DNA of 28,823 nucleotides from Candidatus Eiseniibacteriota bacterium (GCA_052390515.1 JBQTGV010000094.1:1-28823); one strand, 5' to 3'; positions 8,560-16,397 are shown, numbered from the stretch's first letter. Notes: generated by a model not told the origin, from the sequence alone. Numbers and translations are program-made.

Positions 8560-8588
8560 TACGGGGGGGAGCTCGGGGTTCTCGGGGG
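8560..8588 (-). promoter_or_regulatory. Putative ECF promoter motif A, copy 3
   Basis: CCCCCGAGAAC-CCCGAGCTCCCCCC-CGTA. Confidence 0.75.
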
Positions 8589-8663
8589 AGATGCAGCGCT
8601 GGCAGACAACGGCGTCGCCTCTGGGGCCGCGCGATGGAGGACATCCTTCGGCTACACTGGTCG

Positions 8664-9983
8664 TGGACAATCGTCCTAGGAGGTCGCGTCGACGCCGCCA
8701 GCTATCCCCCCGGAAACTCGACTCTGGGCGCGGCTGCGCTGGCGGCGGGCCCTCTGGGCTGCCGTGCTTCTCGCTGCGGCTGGTCTCTTTGTGAGTTGGA
8801 TGTTGATGCCGATTCCGGCGAGCTTACGGGCACAGGGGAGTGTCACGTGGTTTCGGGCGAGCACATCGCGCGCAGTCGCGCCAGCCAACGTCGCGGGCGC
8901 GCCGGCCATCCGTGCGGACAGTGTTTGCATGACGGTGTTTGGTCCCATAGAAGCGTTGGTGTTTGCGGACTCAGGGTGGAGCACTCAGGCGGCTGACATT
9001 TCATTCCTAGGCACGAGCCTAGGGGCAGCCAATGACTCGACGTTCCCAGCTGACATCGAGTTTGACGGGGCGAGGGTGGACGAGCACCCGTGTCGCTACG
9101 CGGCGGCGTTGCGCGCGACGCTCTCTTCGCGGGAGATATGGCGTTCTGGCTCCACCGCACTGACACGCTGCATCTAATCGGGCCACAGGTGACACCGACG
9201 GTGGATGTGGTTGATCCGACGCTCCTCTGGGCATTGCCGTACGAAGCCGAACTGATTGTCGCATGGACTGAGCGAGGCGTCCCCGCTGCCGTGTCCGCGC
9301 GGTTACCCGACGAGTTCTTACTGCTTTCACCTGAGGCCGTACTGGCGAAGCCAGGTCACAGCCTGGCTATTGCGGGTGCAGGAACGGCGTGCTTCCGGTT
9401 CACACCCCAAGCAGACTCTACGGACGAACAGCGCACTACGCTCGTGTTGAACATCCCAGAGCTGGAGTTCAACACGTTCGGTGGACAGGTACGCGTGGGC
9501 GCTGTGCTCGCCGAGGGTGTATTCGGGGGGAACGCGGTCCTGACCCAGAAGCTGTATGTCGTTCCTTATGCGGGAACAGAGCCATTCTCCTTCGCGGTGT
9601 CGCAGGTCTCGGGCGATAGTCTCGCGGTTCAGTGGCTAGCCCGCACTGGTGGAGCCAGGGAAGTGTGCGCCTATGGATCGGGACTTGTCGCGCTTGTGGG
9701 GACAGAGCAACACACCCTCGGCGCCCTGGACGACATCGAGTTCATTGGCGATCTCGTCTTCTCCGTCGTATGGGAGGCGCCGCAGCTCGCGCAGTTGAGC
9801 GTGGTTGGTCGCGTTAGCTCATGTAAGCGGCATGGTCAGCAGATACTCTCGTCCAGGTGGGGGGCGTTGTCTGACGAGGTGCGTGGTGGGATTGCGGGTG
9901 GAGTGGCCGCTGTTTTGCTCACCGTGGTGATAGGGTCGCTCCGCGGCCGCACTCTGCTCGACTGGTTTGTACGACGCGTGTGA
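8664..9983 (+). pseudogene. Lower-GC hypothetical membrane-anchored protein, apparently frameshifted (ORF pieces 8764-9177 and 9090-9983)
   Basis: Visibly more A/T-rich than the flanks. An N-terminal TM (LWAAVLLAAAGLFVSWML) and a C-terminal TM (GIAGGVAAVLLTVVIG) lie in different frames, and the first TM frame has no start codon upstream of it. Confidence 0.45.
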
Positions 9984-10122
9984 CGGTTGCAGAGTGCCAA
10001 TCTGGAGCAACGTTGCACGTCTGTGAGCCCCGTAAGGTGAGCGCCAGGAATGCCCCGGTCTACAGGTCCGACTCACGCCGAGTTCGACCCGCGGCTCCCT
10101 CAATGTCTGGGGTGCGATGCGC

Positions 10123-10845
10123 TCACTCCGGCACGCGCAACCTCAAGGAGAACCACCCCGCGGTGACGTCCTCGAACTCGGCAAGGAAGTGAGAGGCTCC
10201 CTCGACCGCTTCGAGACGCGCGGTCCGCTCCGGCGCGTCCTTCCCGGTGATGAGCACGACCTCGCCGCCGGGCTTGCCCTCGTCGACGATCACCGAGATC
10301 GAGCGCCGCCGCGCGTCGACCACCACTTCGCCGACCTTGCGCCCGCCGATCCGCAGGTCCAGCCGCGCCACGGCGCTCGTCCGCGCATCGAGCCGACCGG
10401 CTTCCTCCAGCGCGGCCAGCGCCGCGCGCTCGTCGCCCGAGGCGCAGTGGGCCGACGCGCGCTCCGCGAGACGAGCCGCTTCGCCCTCGTCCCCGGGCGC
10501 GCCGACGCCGCCGTACGCCGGCCGGAACGCCGCCTCGAACCCGCCGAGTCCGTGCGCGGTCTCCGCCACGCGGTCGAGAGCCGCCGTCGCCAGGCGCTTC
10601 GCGCCGTCGAGCATCCCGCGGACGACCACGTCCATCGCCCCCGGCACTGGCGCCATCCGCGCGGTCATCTCGTCGACGAACCCGGACCAGGAACCCTCGA
10701 AGTCGCTGCGGATCCGCCGCACCGCCGCGTACCGCTGCGCGCAGGCGCCGCAGCCGTCGAGGTGCGAGAACAGCCCCTCCGCCTCGGCCGGGCTCGTTCG
10801 CCCGGCGGCGAACGTGATCAGATCTTCCTGGGTGGGGTGCCGCAT
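10123..10845 (-). CDS. Zinc-finger (zf-HC2/ZAS) anti-sigma factor, predicted soluble
   Basis: MRHPTQEDL...HLDGCGAC (H-x3-C-x2-C), no clear TM helix, GGAGAGG RBS, directly downstream of the sigma gene. Confidence 0.82.
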   Translation of the reverse strand: MRHPTQEDLITFAAGRTSPAEAEGLFSHLDGCGACAQRYAAVRRIRSDFEGSWSGFVDEMTARMAPVPGAMDVVVRGMLDGAKRLATAALDRVAETAHGLGGFEAAFRPAYGGVGAPGDEGEAARLAERASAHCASGDERAALAALEEAGRLDARTSAVARLDLRIGGRKVGEVVVDARRRSISVIVDEGKPGGEVVLITGKDAPERTARLEAVEGASHFLAEFEDVTAGWFSLRLRVPE

Positions 10846-10904
10846 GGTTCCTCTCCGCGTGTGGGGCGCCCCGGCCGTGCCGGGCGGCGCCCTCGTCTGC
10901 CCCC

Positions 10905-11870
10905 TTACGCGCCGCCCTCCCGGGTTCTCGGGGGGTCCGGAAGCGGCAGCCAGCGGGTGGAGGCCGGATCCTCGAATACCTTCCGGATCCGGTTCTTCAC
11001 CGAGTGGGTCCAGTCGGAGACCGATCGCCGCGGATCCTCACCGAAGTACTCCTGGAGCTGTGCCGATCCCACGCTCCTCTCCGCCACCATCCGCCAGCGC
11101 TCGGCCGAGGCCGGGTCCCGGGCGAAGAGTTCCCGTCCGGTCATGGCCAGCCGCCCGTCCAGCGGCTGCCTCACCCTCGCCAGGTACTCGGGATCCAGCC
11201 GCCCGGAGACGGCCAGGTCCTCCAGCATCCCGTTCGCCGCCGGCTCGAGATCCTGCGGCCCGACCTCCCGCACGACCCGGTCCGGATCCCCGGTGATCGG
11301 GACCTTCACCGTCACGGCATCGCCCTTCCGCTGGTCCTTGCCCCAGACGAGGATGCTGTACCCGAAGGTGACCTGCTGGTGAGGATAGCCGCCCCAGCGC
11401 AGGAACGTCTCCAGCAGCTCGAGGAAGACCCGCGAGGGGCCCTCCGCCCCGGGGTCGGCGAAGCGGCCTTCGCCCATGGCCCGGCGAAAGGCCAGCGGCA
11501 GGTCCTTCATCTCGAGGGCCGACAGCTCCGTCGTCTCCGCGTCGTCTCCCTCGTCGTCCAGGGAGCCCACGAGATCACGCCGGCCGTAGAGGAAGCGCTT
11601 CACGACGCTTCGCGCCAGACCCTTGGCGAACGTGACGAACGCGTACGACGGGTCGTACTTCTCAAGGCGCCGGAACAGGTAGATGCGGACTTCCTGCAGC
11701 ACCTCGTCGACTTCGACGTGAGGCGCGCTGCGCAGCGCTCCGCGCAGCAGGTTCGTCAGGTCCCGCTCGACCGCCGCCCAGAGCCGGTCGAACGCGCGGG
11801 AATCCCCGGCCACGACCTTGCGCACGAGCTCGGCTTCCGCTGGCGAGGCCTGCGTCGTCTCGCTCGTCAC
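10905..11870 (-). CDS. Atypical ECF-type sigma-70 factor (321 aa)
   Basis: Region 2-like: ELVRKVVAGDSRAFDRL...VDEVLQEV...LEKYDPSYAFVTF. C-terminal HTH-like SAQLQEYFGEDPRRSVSDWTHSVKNRIRKVF. GGAGG RBS before GTG. Confidence 0.75.
   Translation of the reverse strand: MTSETTQASPAEAELVRKVVAGDSRAFDRLWAAVERDLTNLLRGALRSAPHVEVDEVLQEVRIYLFRRLEKYDPSYAFVTFAKGLARSVVKRFLYGRRDLVGSLDDEGDDAETTELSALEMKDLPLAFRRAMGEGRFADPGAEGPSRVFLELLETFLRWGGYPHQQVTFGYSILVWGKDQRKGDAVTVKVPITGDPDRVVREVGPQDLEPAANGMLEDLAVSGRLDPEYLARVRQPLDGRLAMTGRELFARDPASAERWRMVAERSVGSAQLQEYFGEDPRRSVSDWTHSVKNRIRKVFEDPASTRWLPLPDPPRTREGGA
10906..10934 (-). promoter_or_regulatory. Putative ECF promoter motif A, copy 4, inside the sigma 3' end and upstream of the anti-sigma
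   Basis: CCCCCGAGAAC-CCGGGAGGGCGGCG-CGTA; the CGTA overlaps the sigma TAA stop. Confidence 0.72.
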
Positions 11871-11900
11871 GTCGGCCGCCCCTCCGTGCGGGCTTCCACG

Positions 11901-13379
11901 TCAGCCCCTCTCCGCGGGCGCGTCGATGCGCCGCGACATCGTCACGTCCCGCGGGCGGTTCCACTCACGGTCCAGCCGCGCGACGAGCGCCGATGCGTCG
12001 CAGCCGGAGGCCTCCAGCACCTTGCGCACGTTGCGGCTCGGGCTGTCCAGCACGGCCCAGAGCACGTCGCCTTCCTCGACGACCGCCGAGCCGCGGTTGC
12101 GCGCGTTGGACCGAGCCGTCTCCCGCGTGACGCGGTGGCTCGCTGTCTCTTCGCCCGGACCCTGGTGGTGCTCCTGCGGCAGGCTCTTCTCGATGATGTT
12201 GCAGACCGCCTGCGTCCGGCTCCCGCAGGACTCCAGCATGCGATGGATGAGCGGCCCCTCCGCCGCGCACAGACCGTACAGGATGTGCAGCGTCTCGCGG
12301 GAGCGTGCGCCGCAGCGCTCCCGGAGCGCCTCGGCGGCCCAGTACGCCGCCTGCACCGTGGCTTCGTTGGCCGGCGAGAGCGGGCGAACGCCGCCGCGCG
12401 GCGGACGGGACGCGCGCACGTCCACGGCGTGCACGGGGCCGGCGCGCCACATCCGGGCGCGCGCCGCGGCCACGGCCTCGTCGAACGTGAAGCGATGATC
12501 GCCCGCGCAGACGCTCGTGCTCTCGAGGGTCAGGATCTCGCCGGCGGCCGCGCGGGCGGCAAGGTCGAGGCCGTCGGCCAGCAGCGGGCGATGTCGTTCG
12601 CCCGCGTCCGCCCAGGCGCCGATCCACGCGTGCGTCGGAGCGCCGGACGTCTCTCCCTCGAAGAGGATCAGCGGACCGAGCCCCACGGACTCGAGACACG
12701 CGGCGAAGAGCAGCGTCAGGTCGAGGCAGTTGCCGCGGCCGCGGCGTGCGCCCGGCTCGCCGGCGATCTCTTGCGGCGAACGCACCGTCTGGTGCGACGT
12801 GCCGCACTCCGGGTCGAGGGTGACGCGAGGGGTCTCGTAGGCGATCTCGTGCGCCGACGCGAGGAGCTCGTGCAGCGCGCGCATCACCGCGGCGACGGCC
12901 TCGCGGGAGCCGCCGCGGGCGATCTCCGGGAGCGAACCGGGGCCCGCGTCCGCCACGGTGCGGAAGACCACGTCGTCGCCGGACGAGGCATGGGCGGCAA
13001 CCAGGCGCCGCGCCTCGGGGTGGTGCGGCCACTCGCGCGCGGGAAGCAGCGCCACCGGAACCCGCGCGACCGGCGTCCCCTCGAGGCGCACCTCGAGACC
13101 GGCGGCCATGCGGCGCGGGAGCGCTTCGAGGCGGTCGGTCGTCGTGGGAGAGAGCGGCGAAGGCACGACCGGGTTTCCGGCGCGCACCGCGAGCGTCCAG
13201 TCGAGCTCGGGGATCCGCAGCTCGGCGAGCGCAGGAGGCCGCTGCCCACCGGACGGCGCATGCAGCGCCGTCACGGGCGACATTCCCGCCAGCGCCTCGG
13301 CGTACCCGTACGCAGGCAGGTACTCGACCACGAGCCCGGCGGCTCCGCTGGGATGGACGACGGTCGTTTTCACCCGCAC
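11901..13379 (-). CDS. Transglutaminase/papain-like Cys-His domain fused to a C-terminal ClpN-like repeat domain
   Basis: RGNCLDLTLLFAACLESVGL-PL...THAWIGAW...LESTS catalytic-type motif. C-terminal AYWAAEALR...ETLHILYGL...ARSNARNRGSAVVEEGDVLWAVL resembles Clp N-terminal repeats. Confidence 0.7.
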   Translation of the reverse strand: MRVKTTVVHPSGAAGLVVEYLPAYGYAEALAGMSPVTALHAPSGGQRPPALAELRIPELDWTLAVRAGNPVVPSPLSPTTTDRLEALPRRMAAGLEVRLEGTPVARVPVALLPAREWPHHPEARRLVAAHASSGDDVVFRTVADAGPGSLPEIARGGSREAVAAVMRALHELLASAHEIAYETPRVTLDPECGTSHQTVRSPQEIAGEPGARRGRGNCLDLTLLFAACLESVGLGPLILFEGETSGAPTHAWIGAWADAGERHRPLLADGLDLAARAAAGEILTLESTSVCAGDHRFTFDEAVAAARARMWRAGPVHAVDVRASRPPRGGVRPLSPANEATVQAAYWAAEALRERCGARSRETLHILYGLCAAEGPLIHRMLESCGSRTQAVCNIIEKSLPQEHHQGPGEETASHRVTRETARSNARNRGSAVVEEGDVLWAVLDSPSRNVRKVLEASGCDASALVARLDREWNRPRDVTMSRRIDAPAERG

Positions 13380-13522
13380 CTCGCTGCGGGGGGAATCCCG
13401 GATCGGACCGCGAGAGTGTATCGCGTTCCGCGCCGCCCTTCTCGACCTTGTTTGGATTCTCGCCTCCGGCTAGTCTCGGCCCGATCCGCCTCCTCGCCTC
13501 GTTCCAGGAGTCACGTCCGCCG

Positions 13523-14110
13523 ATGACCGTGCTCTCGGCCGCGCTGCTTCTCTTCCTGGTGCTGGATCCCTTCGGGAACATCCCGTTCTACCTGTCCGCG
13601 TTGCAGCAGGTACCGCCGGCGCGGCAGAGGCGGGTCGTCGTCCGCGAGCTGATCTTCGCCCTCGTGGCGCTGGTGGTGTTCCTGTTCGGCGGGCGCTTCG
13701 TTCTGGGGCTGCTCTCGATCTCCGAGCCGGCGCTCACGACGGCGGGCGGCATCATCCTCTTCCTGATCGCCATCCGCATGATCTTCCCGCCGGCTCACTC
13801 CGGGAGCGAGACCGTCGAGGGCGAGCCGTTCATCTTCCCGCTGGCCGTGCCATACGTGGCCGGGCCGTCGGCGCTCGCGGCGGTGATGTTCCTCACCAGT
13901 CGTGAACCGGAGCGATGGCCGGAGTGGCTGGCGGCGGTCTTCGCCGCGTGGCTGGCCACGGGGGTCATCCTGTTCCTGGCCAGCGCGCTCCGTCGCCGGC
14001 TCGGCCAGCGGGGTCTCATCGCCGCGGAGCGGCTGATGGGCATGGTCCTCGTCACGATGGCCGTGCAGATGCTGATGGGGGGGCTCCACGACTTCTGGGT
14101 CGATTCCTGA
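13523..14110 (+). CDS. MarC-family integral membrane protein
   Basis: LLFLVLDPFGNIP...AGGIILFLIAIRM...PLAVPYVAGP...ERLMGMVL; AGGAG RBS. Confidence 0.92.
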   Translation: MTVLSAALLLFLVLDPFGNIPFYLSALQQVPPARQRRVVVRELIFALVALVVFLFGGRFVLGLLSISEPALTTAGGIILFLIAIRMIFPPAHSGSETVEGEPFIFPLAVPYVAGPSALAAVMFLTSREPERWPEWLAAVFAAWLATGVILFLASALRRRLGQRGLIAAERLMGMVLVTMAVQMLMGGLHDFWVDS

Positions 14111-14132
14111 GCCGGGCTCTGAGGCCCGGCTC
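14109..14132. terminator. Hairpin between the convergent MarC-family gene and peptide 4
   Basis: GAGCCGGGC-TCTGAG-GCCCGGCTC, perfect 9-bp stem. Confidence 0.5.
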
Positions 14133-14194
14133 GTCTCCTCTTCGATTCCGCTTCGCCTGCCCGCTTCCTGCTCTGCTCTCTCTTCGCCGGTTGC

Positions 14195-14362
14195 TTACTC
14201 GCTGACGGCAACGCTGCTGCGCAGCGGGATGATGTCGCCGGCTTGGTCGTCCAGCAGACGGCTCTCGCGCAGCGGGACCATGTCGGCGGATCCGCCGGTG
14301 ACGTGGGTCAGCTCGGCTTCGGTCAGGTTCCTCATGCTCGCCTTCATCGCCTGGGAGTTCAT
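14195..14362 (-). CDS. Double-glycine-leader precursor peptide 4 (55 aa)
   Basis: MNSQAMKASMRNLTEAELTHVTGG|SADMVPLRESRLLDDQAGDIIPLRSSVAVSE. AAGGAG RBS and the same upstream motif. Confidence 0.8.
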   Translation of the reverse strand: MNSQAMKASMRNLTEAELTHVTGGSADMVPLRESRLLDDQAGDIIPLRSSVAVSE

Positions 14363-14421
14363 CGTCGTGCTCCTTCCGGTTCGGGGTTCGGGTTGTGACT
14401 CGCTTTCGAGCCTCGACCCGG

Positions 14422-14450
14422 TACGCGGGTGGGGGCCGGGTTCTCGGGGG
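14422..14450 (-). promoter_or_regulatory. Putative ECF promoter motif A, copy 5
   Basis: CCCCCGAGAAC-CCGGCCCCCACCCG-CGTA. Confidence 0.75.
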
Positions 14451-14465
14451 GGCCGCTCCACGCGG

Positions 14466-14527
14466 GGTCGGACGGCGGGACCTGCGGCCACCCGAGGTCG
14501 GACGGCCGGAACTGCGCCTCCACCCGG
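14466..14527. repeat. Imperfect ~30-bp tandem repeat in the divergent intergenic region
   Basis: GGTCGGACGGCGGGACCTGCGGCCACCCG / GGTCGGACGGCCGGAACTGCGCCTCCACCCG. Confidence 0.55.
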
Positions 14528-14586
14528 GGGTGCCTTGCCGGAGCCGCGGAGCCGCTCTAAGCTCGCGGCCCCGAGGGAGGAAGACG

Positions 14587-16233
14587 ATGATCCGAACGAC
14601 CTGGACCCGAGGTTTCTGGCTCGCGCTCGTCCTGGCGGGCGCCGCTGCGGGCCGCGCCGACGAGGCCCCTCCGCCGCGCTTCGAGGGGCTGGGGCCGTCG
14701 GGGCGAACGATCACGACCAAGTCCCCCGAGGCTCAACGCTGGTTCGACCAGGGGCTCGGCTTCTACTGGGGCTTCCATCACGAGGAGGCCATCCGTTCGT
14801 TCGACGCCGCCCTGCGCTACGACCCGACCTGCGCGATGGCCTATTGGGGAAAGGCGCTCTCGCTCGGCCCCAACATCAACAACACGGCGATGGATGCTGC
14901 CGCCTCGGAAGCCGCGTGGGACAACGTGCGGGGCGCGGTCGAGCAGTCCGGCAAGTGCTCCCCGACGGAGCGGGACCTGATCCGCGCGCTCGCGACGCGC
15001 TACGCGGACCCGGCCCCGGAGGACCGCAGCACGCTCGACCGGGCCTACGCGGATGCCATGCGCGCGGTGTACGAGGCGCACTCGGACGACGCGGACGTGG
15101 CCGCGCTCTTCGCCGAGTCCTTGATGGACCTTCGACCCTGGGATCTGTGGTCCTCGAACGGTGAGCCGCGGCCGGAAACTCCGGAGATCCTGAGCACGCT
15201 CGAGGCGGGCCTCCGCCTCCGCCCGGACCACCCTGGCCTGAATCACTTCTACGTCCACTCGTGCGAAGCGTCGCCCGAGCCGGGGCGGGCCCTCGCCGCC
15301 GCGGACCGGCTGAGGAACCTGTGTCCGGGGGCGGGTCACCTCGTGCACATGCCATCGCACATCGACATCCGCCTCGGTCACTACGACGACGCGATCGTCG
15401 CGAACCAGCGTGCGGTCGCCGCCGACCTGGATTACCTGGCGAAGGGTGGGGTCAGCGGCTTCTACACGCTGTACCGCGCGCACAACTATCACTACATCGC
15501 GTACGCCTCGATGTTCGCGGGGCGCAAGGCGACGGCGATGCAGGCCGCCCGCGACCTGACGCAGCAGCTGCACCCCGACGTCGTCCGCCGCTACCGCGAC
15601 GTCCTCGACGGCTTCCTGGCCACGCCCGTGCACGTGATGATCCGCTTCGGACAGTGGGAGGAGCTGCTGGCCGAGCCGGCGCCGCCCGACGACGTGCCGG
15701 TCACGGCCGCGTTCTGGAGGTACGGCCGGACCGTCGCGCTCGCGGCACTCGGGCGCGTCGAGGAGGGCGCGGCCGAGCTGGCCAAGCTCCGGGAAGCGGC
15801 GGAGCGGGTCCCGGAGACCGCGTACATCGGCAACAACCCGGCGCGGGTCGTGCTCGACGTCGGGCTGCCCTTCGCCGAGGGTGAGCTCACCTACCGCCGC
15901 GGCAACGTGGAGCGCGCCTTCGAGCTGCTGCGCATCGCCGTGGAGCGGGACGACGCGCTCAAGTACGACGAGCCGTGGGGGTGGATGGAGCCCGTCCGGC
16001 ACGCGCTCGGCGCCCTGCTCCTCGAGCAGGGACGTCTGGAGGAGGCCGAGGCGGTCTACCGCGAGGACTTGCGCATCCACCCCAACAACGGGTGGGCGCT
16101 GCACGGGCTCGCCGAGTGCCTGCGGCGGAGCGGCCGCGCCGAGGAAGCGGCGAGGACGGAGGGACTCTTCCGCGTGGCCTGGAAGGACGCCGACGTCGTC
16201 ATCGCCGCGTCATGCTACTGCCGGAAGTCGTGA
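14587..16233 (+). CDS. Secreted tetratricopeptide-repeat protein
   Basis: GGAGG RBS and signal peptide. AQRWFDQGL...FHHEEAIRSF...AMAYWG, HPGLNHFYVH, GHLVHMPSHI, C-terminal SCYC. Confidence 0.85.
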   Translation: MIRTTWTRGFWLALVLAGAAAGRADEAPPPRFEGLGPSGRTITTKSPEAQRWFDQGLGFYWGFHHEEAIRSFDAALRYDPTCAMAYWGKALSLGPNINNTAMDAAASEAAWDNVRGAVEQSGKCSPTERDLIRALATRYADPAPEDRSTLDRAYADAMRAVYEAHSDDADVAALFAESLMDLRPWDLWSSNGEPRPETPEILSTLEAGLRLRPDHPGLNHFYVHSCEASPEPGRALAAADRLRNLCPGAGHLVHMPSHIDIRLGHYDDAIVANQRAVAADLDYLAKGGVSGFYTLYRAHNYHYIAYASMFAGRKATAMQAARDLTQQLHPDVVRRYRDVLDGFLATPVHVMIRFGQWEELLAEPAPPDDVPVTAAFWRYGRTVALAALGRVEEGAAELAKLREAAERVPETAYIGNNPARVVLDVGLPFAEGELTYRRGNVERAFELLRIAVERDDALKYDEPWGWMEPVRHALGALLLEQGRLEEAEAVYREDLRIHPNNGWALHGLAECLRRSGRAEEAARTEGLFRVAWKDADVVIAASCYCRKS

Positions 16234-16283
16234 GGACGGCGACATCCTCATCGCCGCGTCGTGCTGCTGCCGGGAACCGTGAG
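16186..16283 (+). repeat. 49-bp imperfect tandem duplication of the gene 3' end including the stop codon
   Basis: 16186-16234 vs 16235-16283, 41/49 identical. Confidence 0.85.
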
Positions 16284-16397
16284 GTTTGGCCGCAAGCTAG
16301 CGCGACGGACGGCGGAGGCTGGCGGCCACGAAGCGAGCGAGCCAGGATGGCGAGCGAGCGTTAGCGAGGGAGAGGCTCGAGTTTCTCTCGGAGCTCC

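Larger units (their letters stand above)
8265..8588 (-). repeat. Peptide cassette copy 3
   Basis: Near-identical to 6917-7245. Confidence 0.92.

Noticed and set aside
6917-8588. CRISPR array or integron cassette array
   Set aside because: Units are ~320-bp gene-containing duplications, not short repeat-spacer units. No attC-like ends, cas genes or integrase.
10030-10102. tRNA-like 3' fragment (CCGAG-TTCGACC-CGCGG-CTCCCTCA) at the edge of the lower-GC segment
   Set aside because: The T-stem has a mismatch, and there is no matching 5' acceptor strand, D-arm or clean anticodon arm. No integrase is present. It would need tRNAscan-SE or ARAGORN support.
11004-13526. Long antisense/shadow ORFs such as 11004-13526, 1972-4176, 1649-3724 and 14557-16104
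   Set aside because: Arg/Gly/Ala-rich off-frame products of high GC content that overlap well-supported genes.
16186-16283. Possible DGR template/variable repeat pair
   Set aside because: Differences are not confined to adenines in either copy, the repeat is short, and no reverse transcriptase is in the window.
16297-16380. GCGAGCGAGC-rich stretch between the convergent TPR gene and rseP, possibly REP-like
   Set aside because: Single occurrence in the window and no clear palindrome; cannot be supported.
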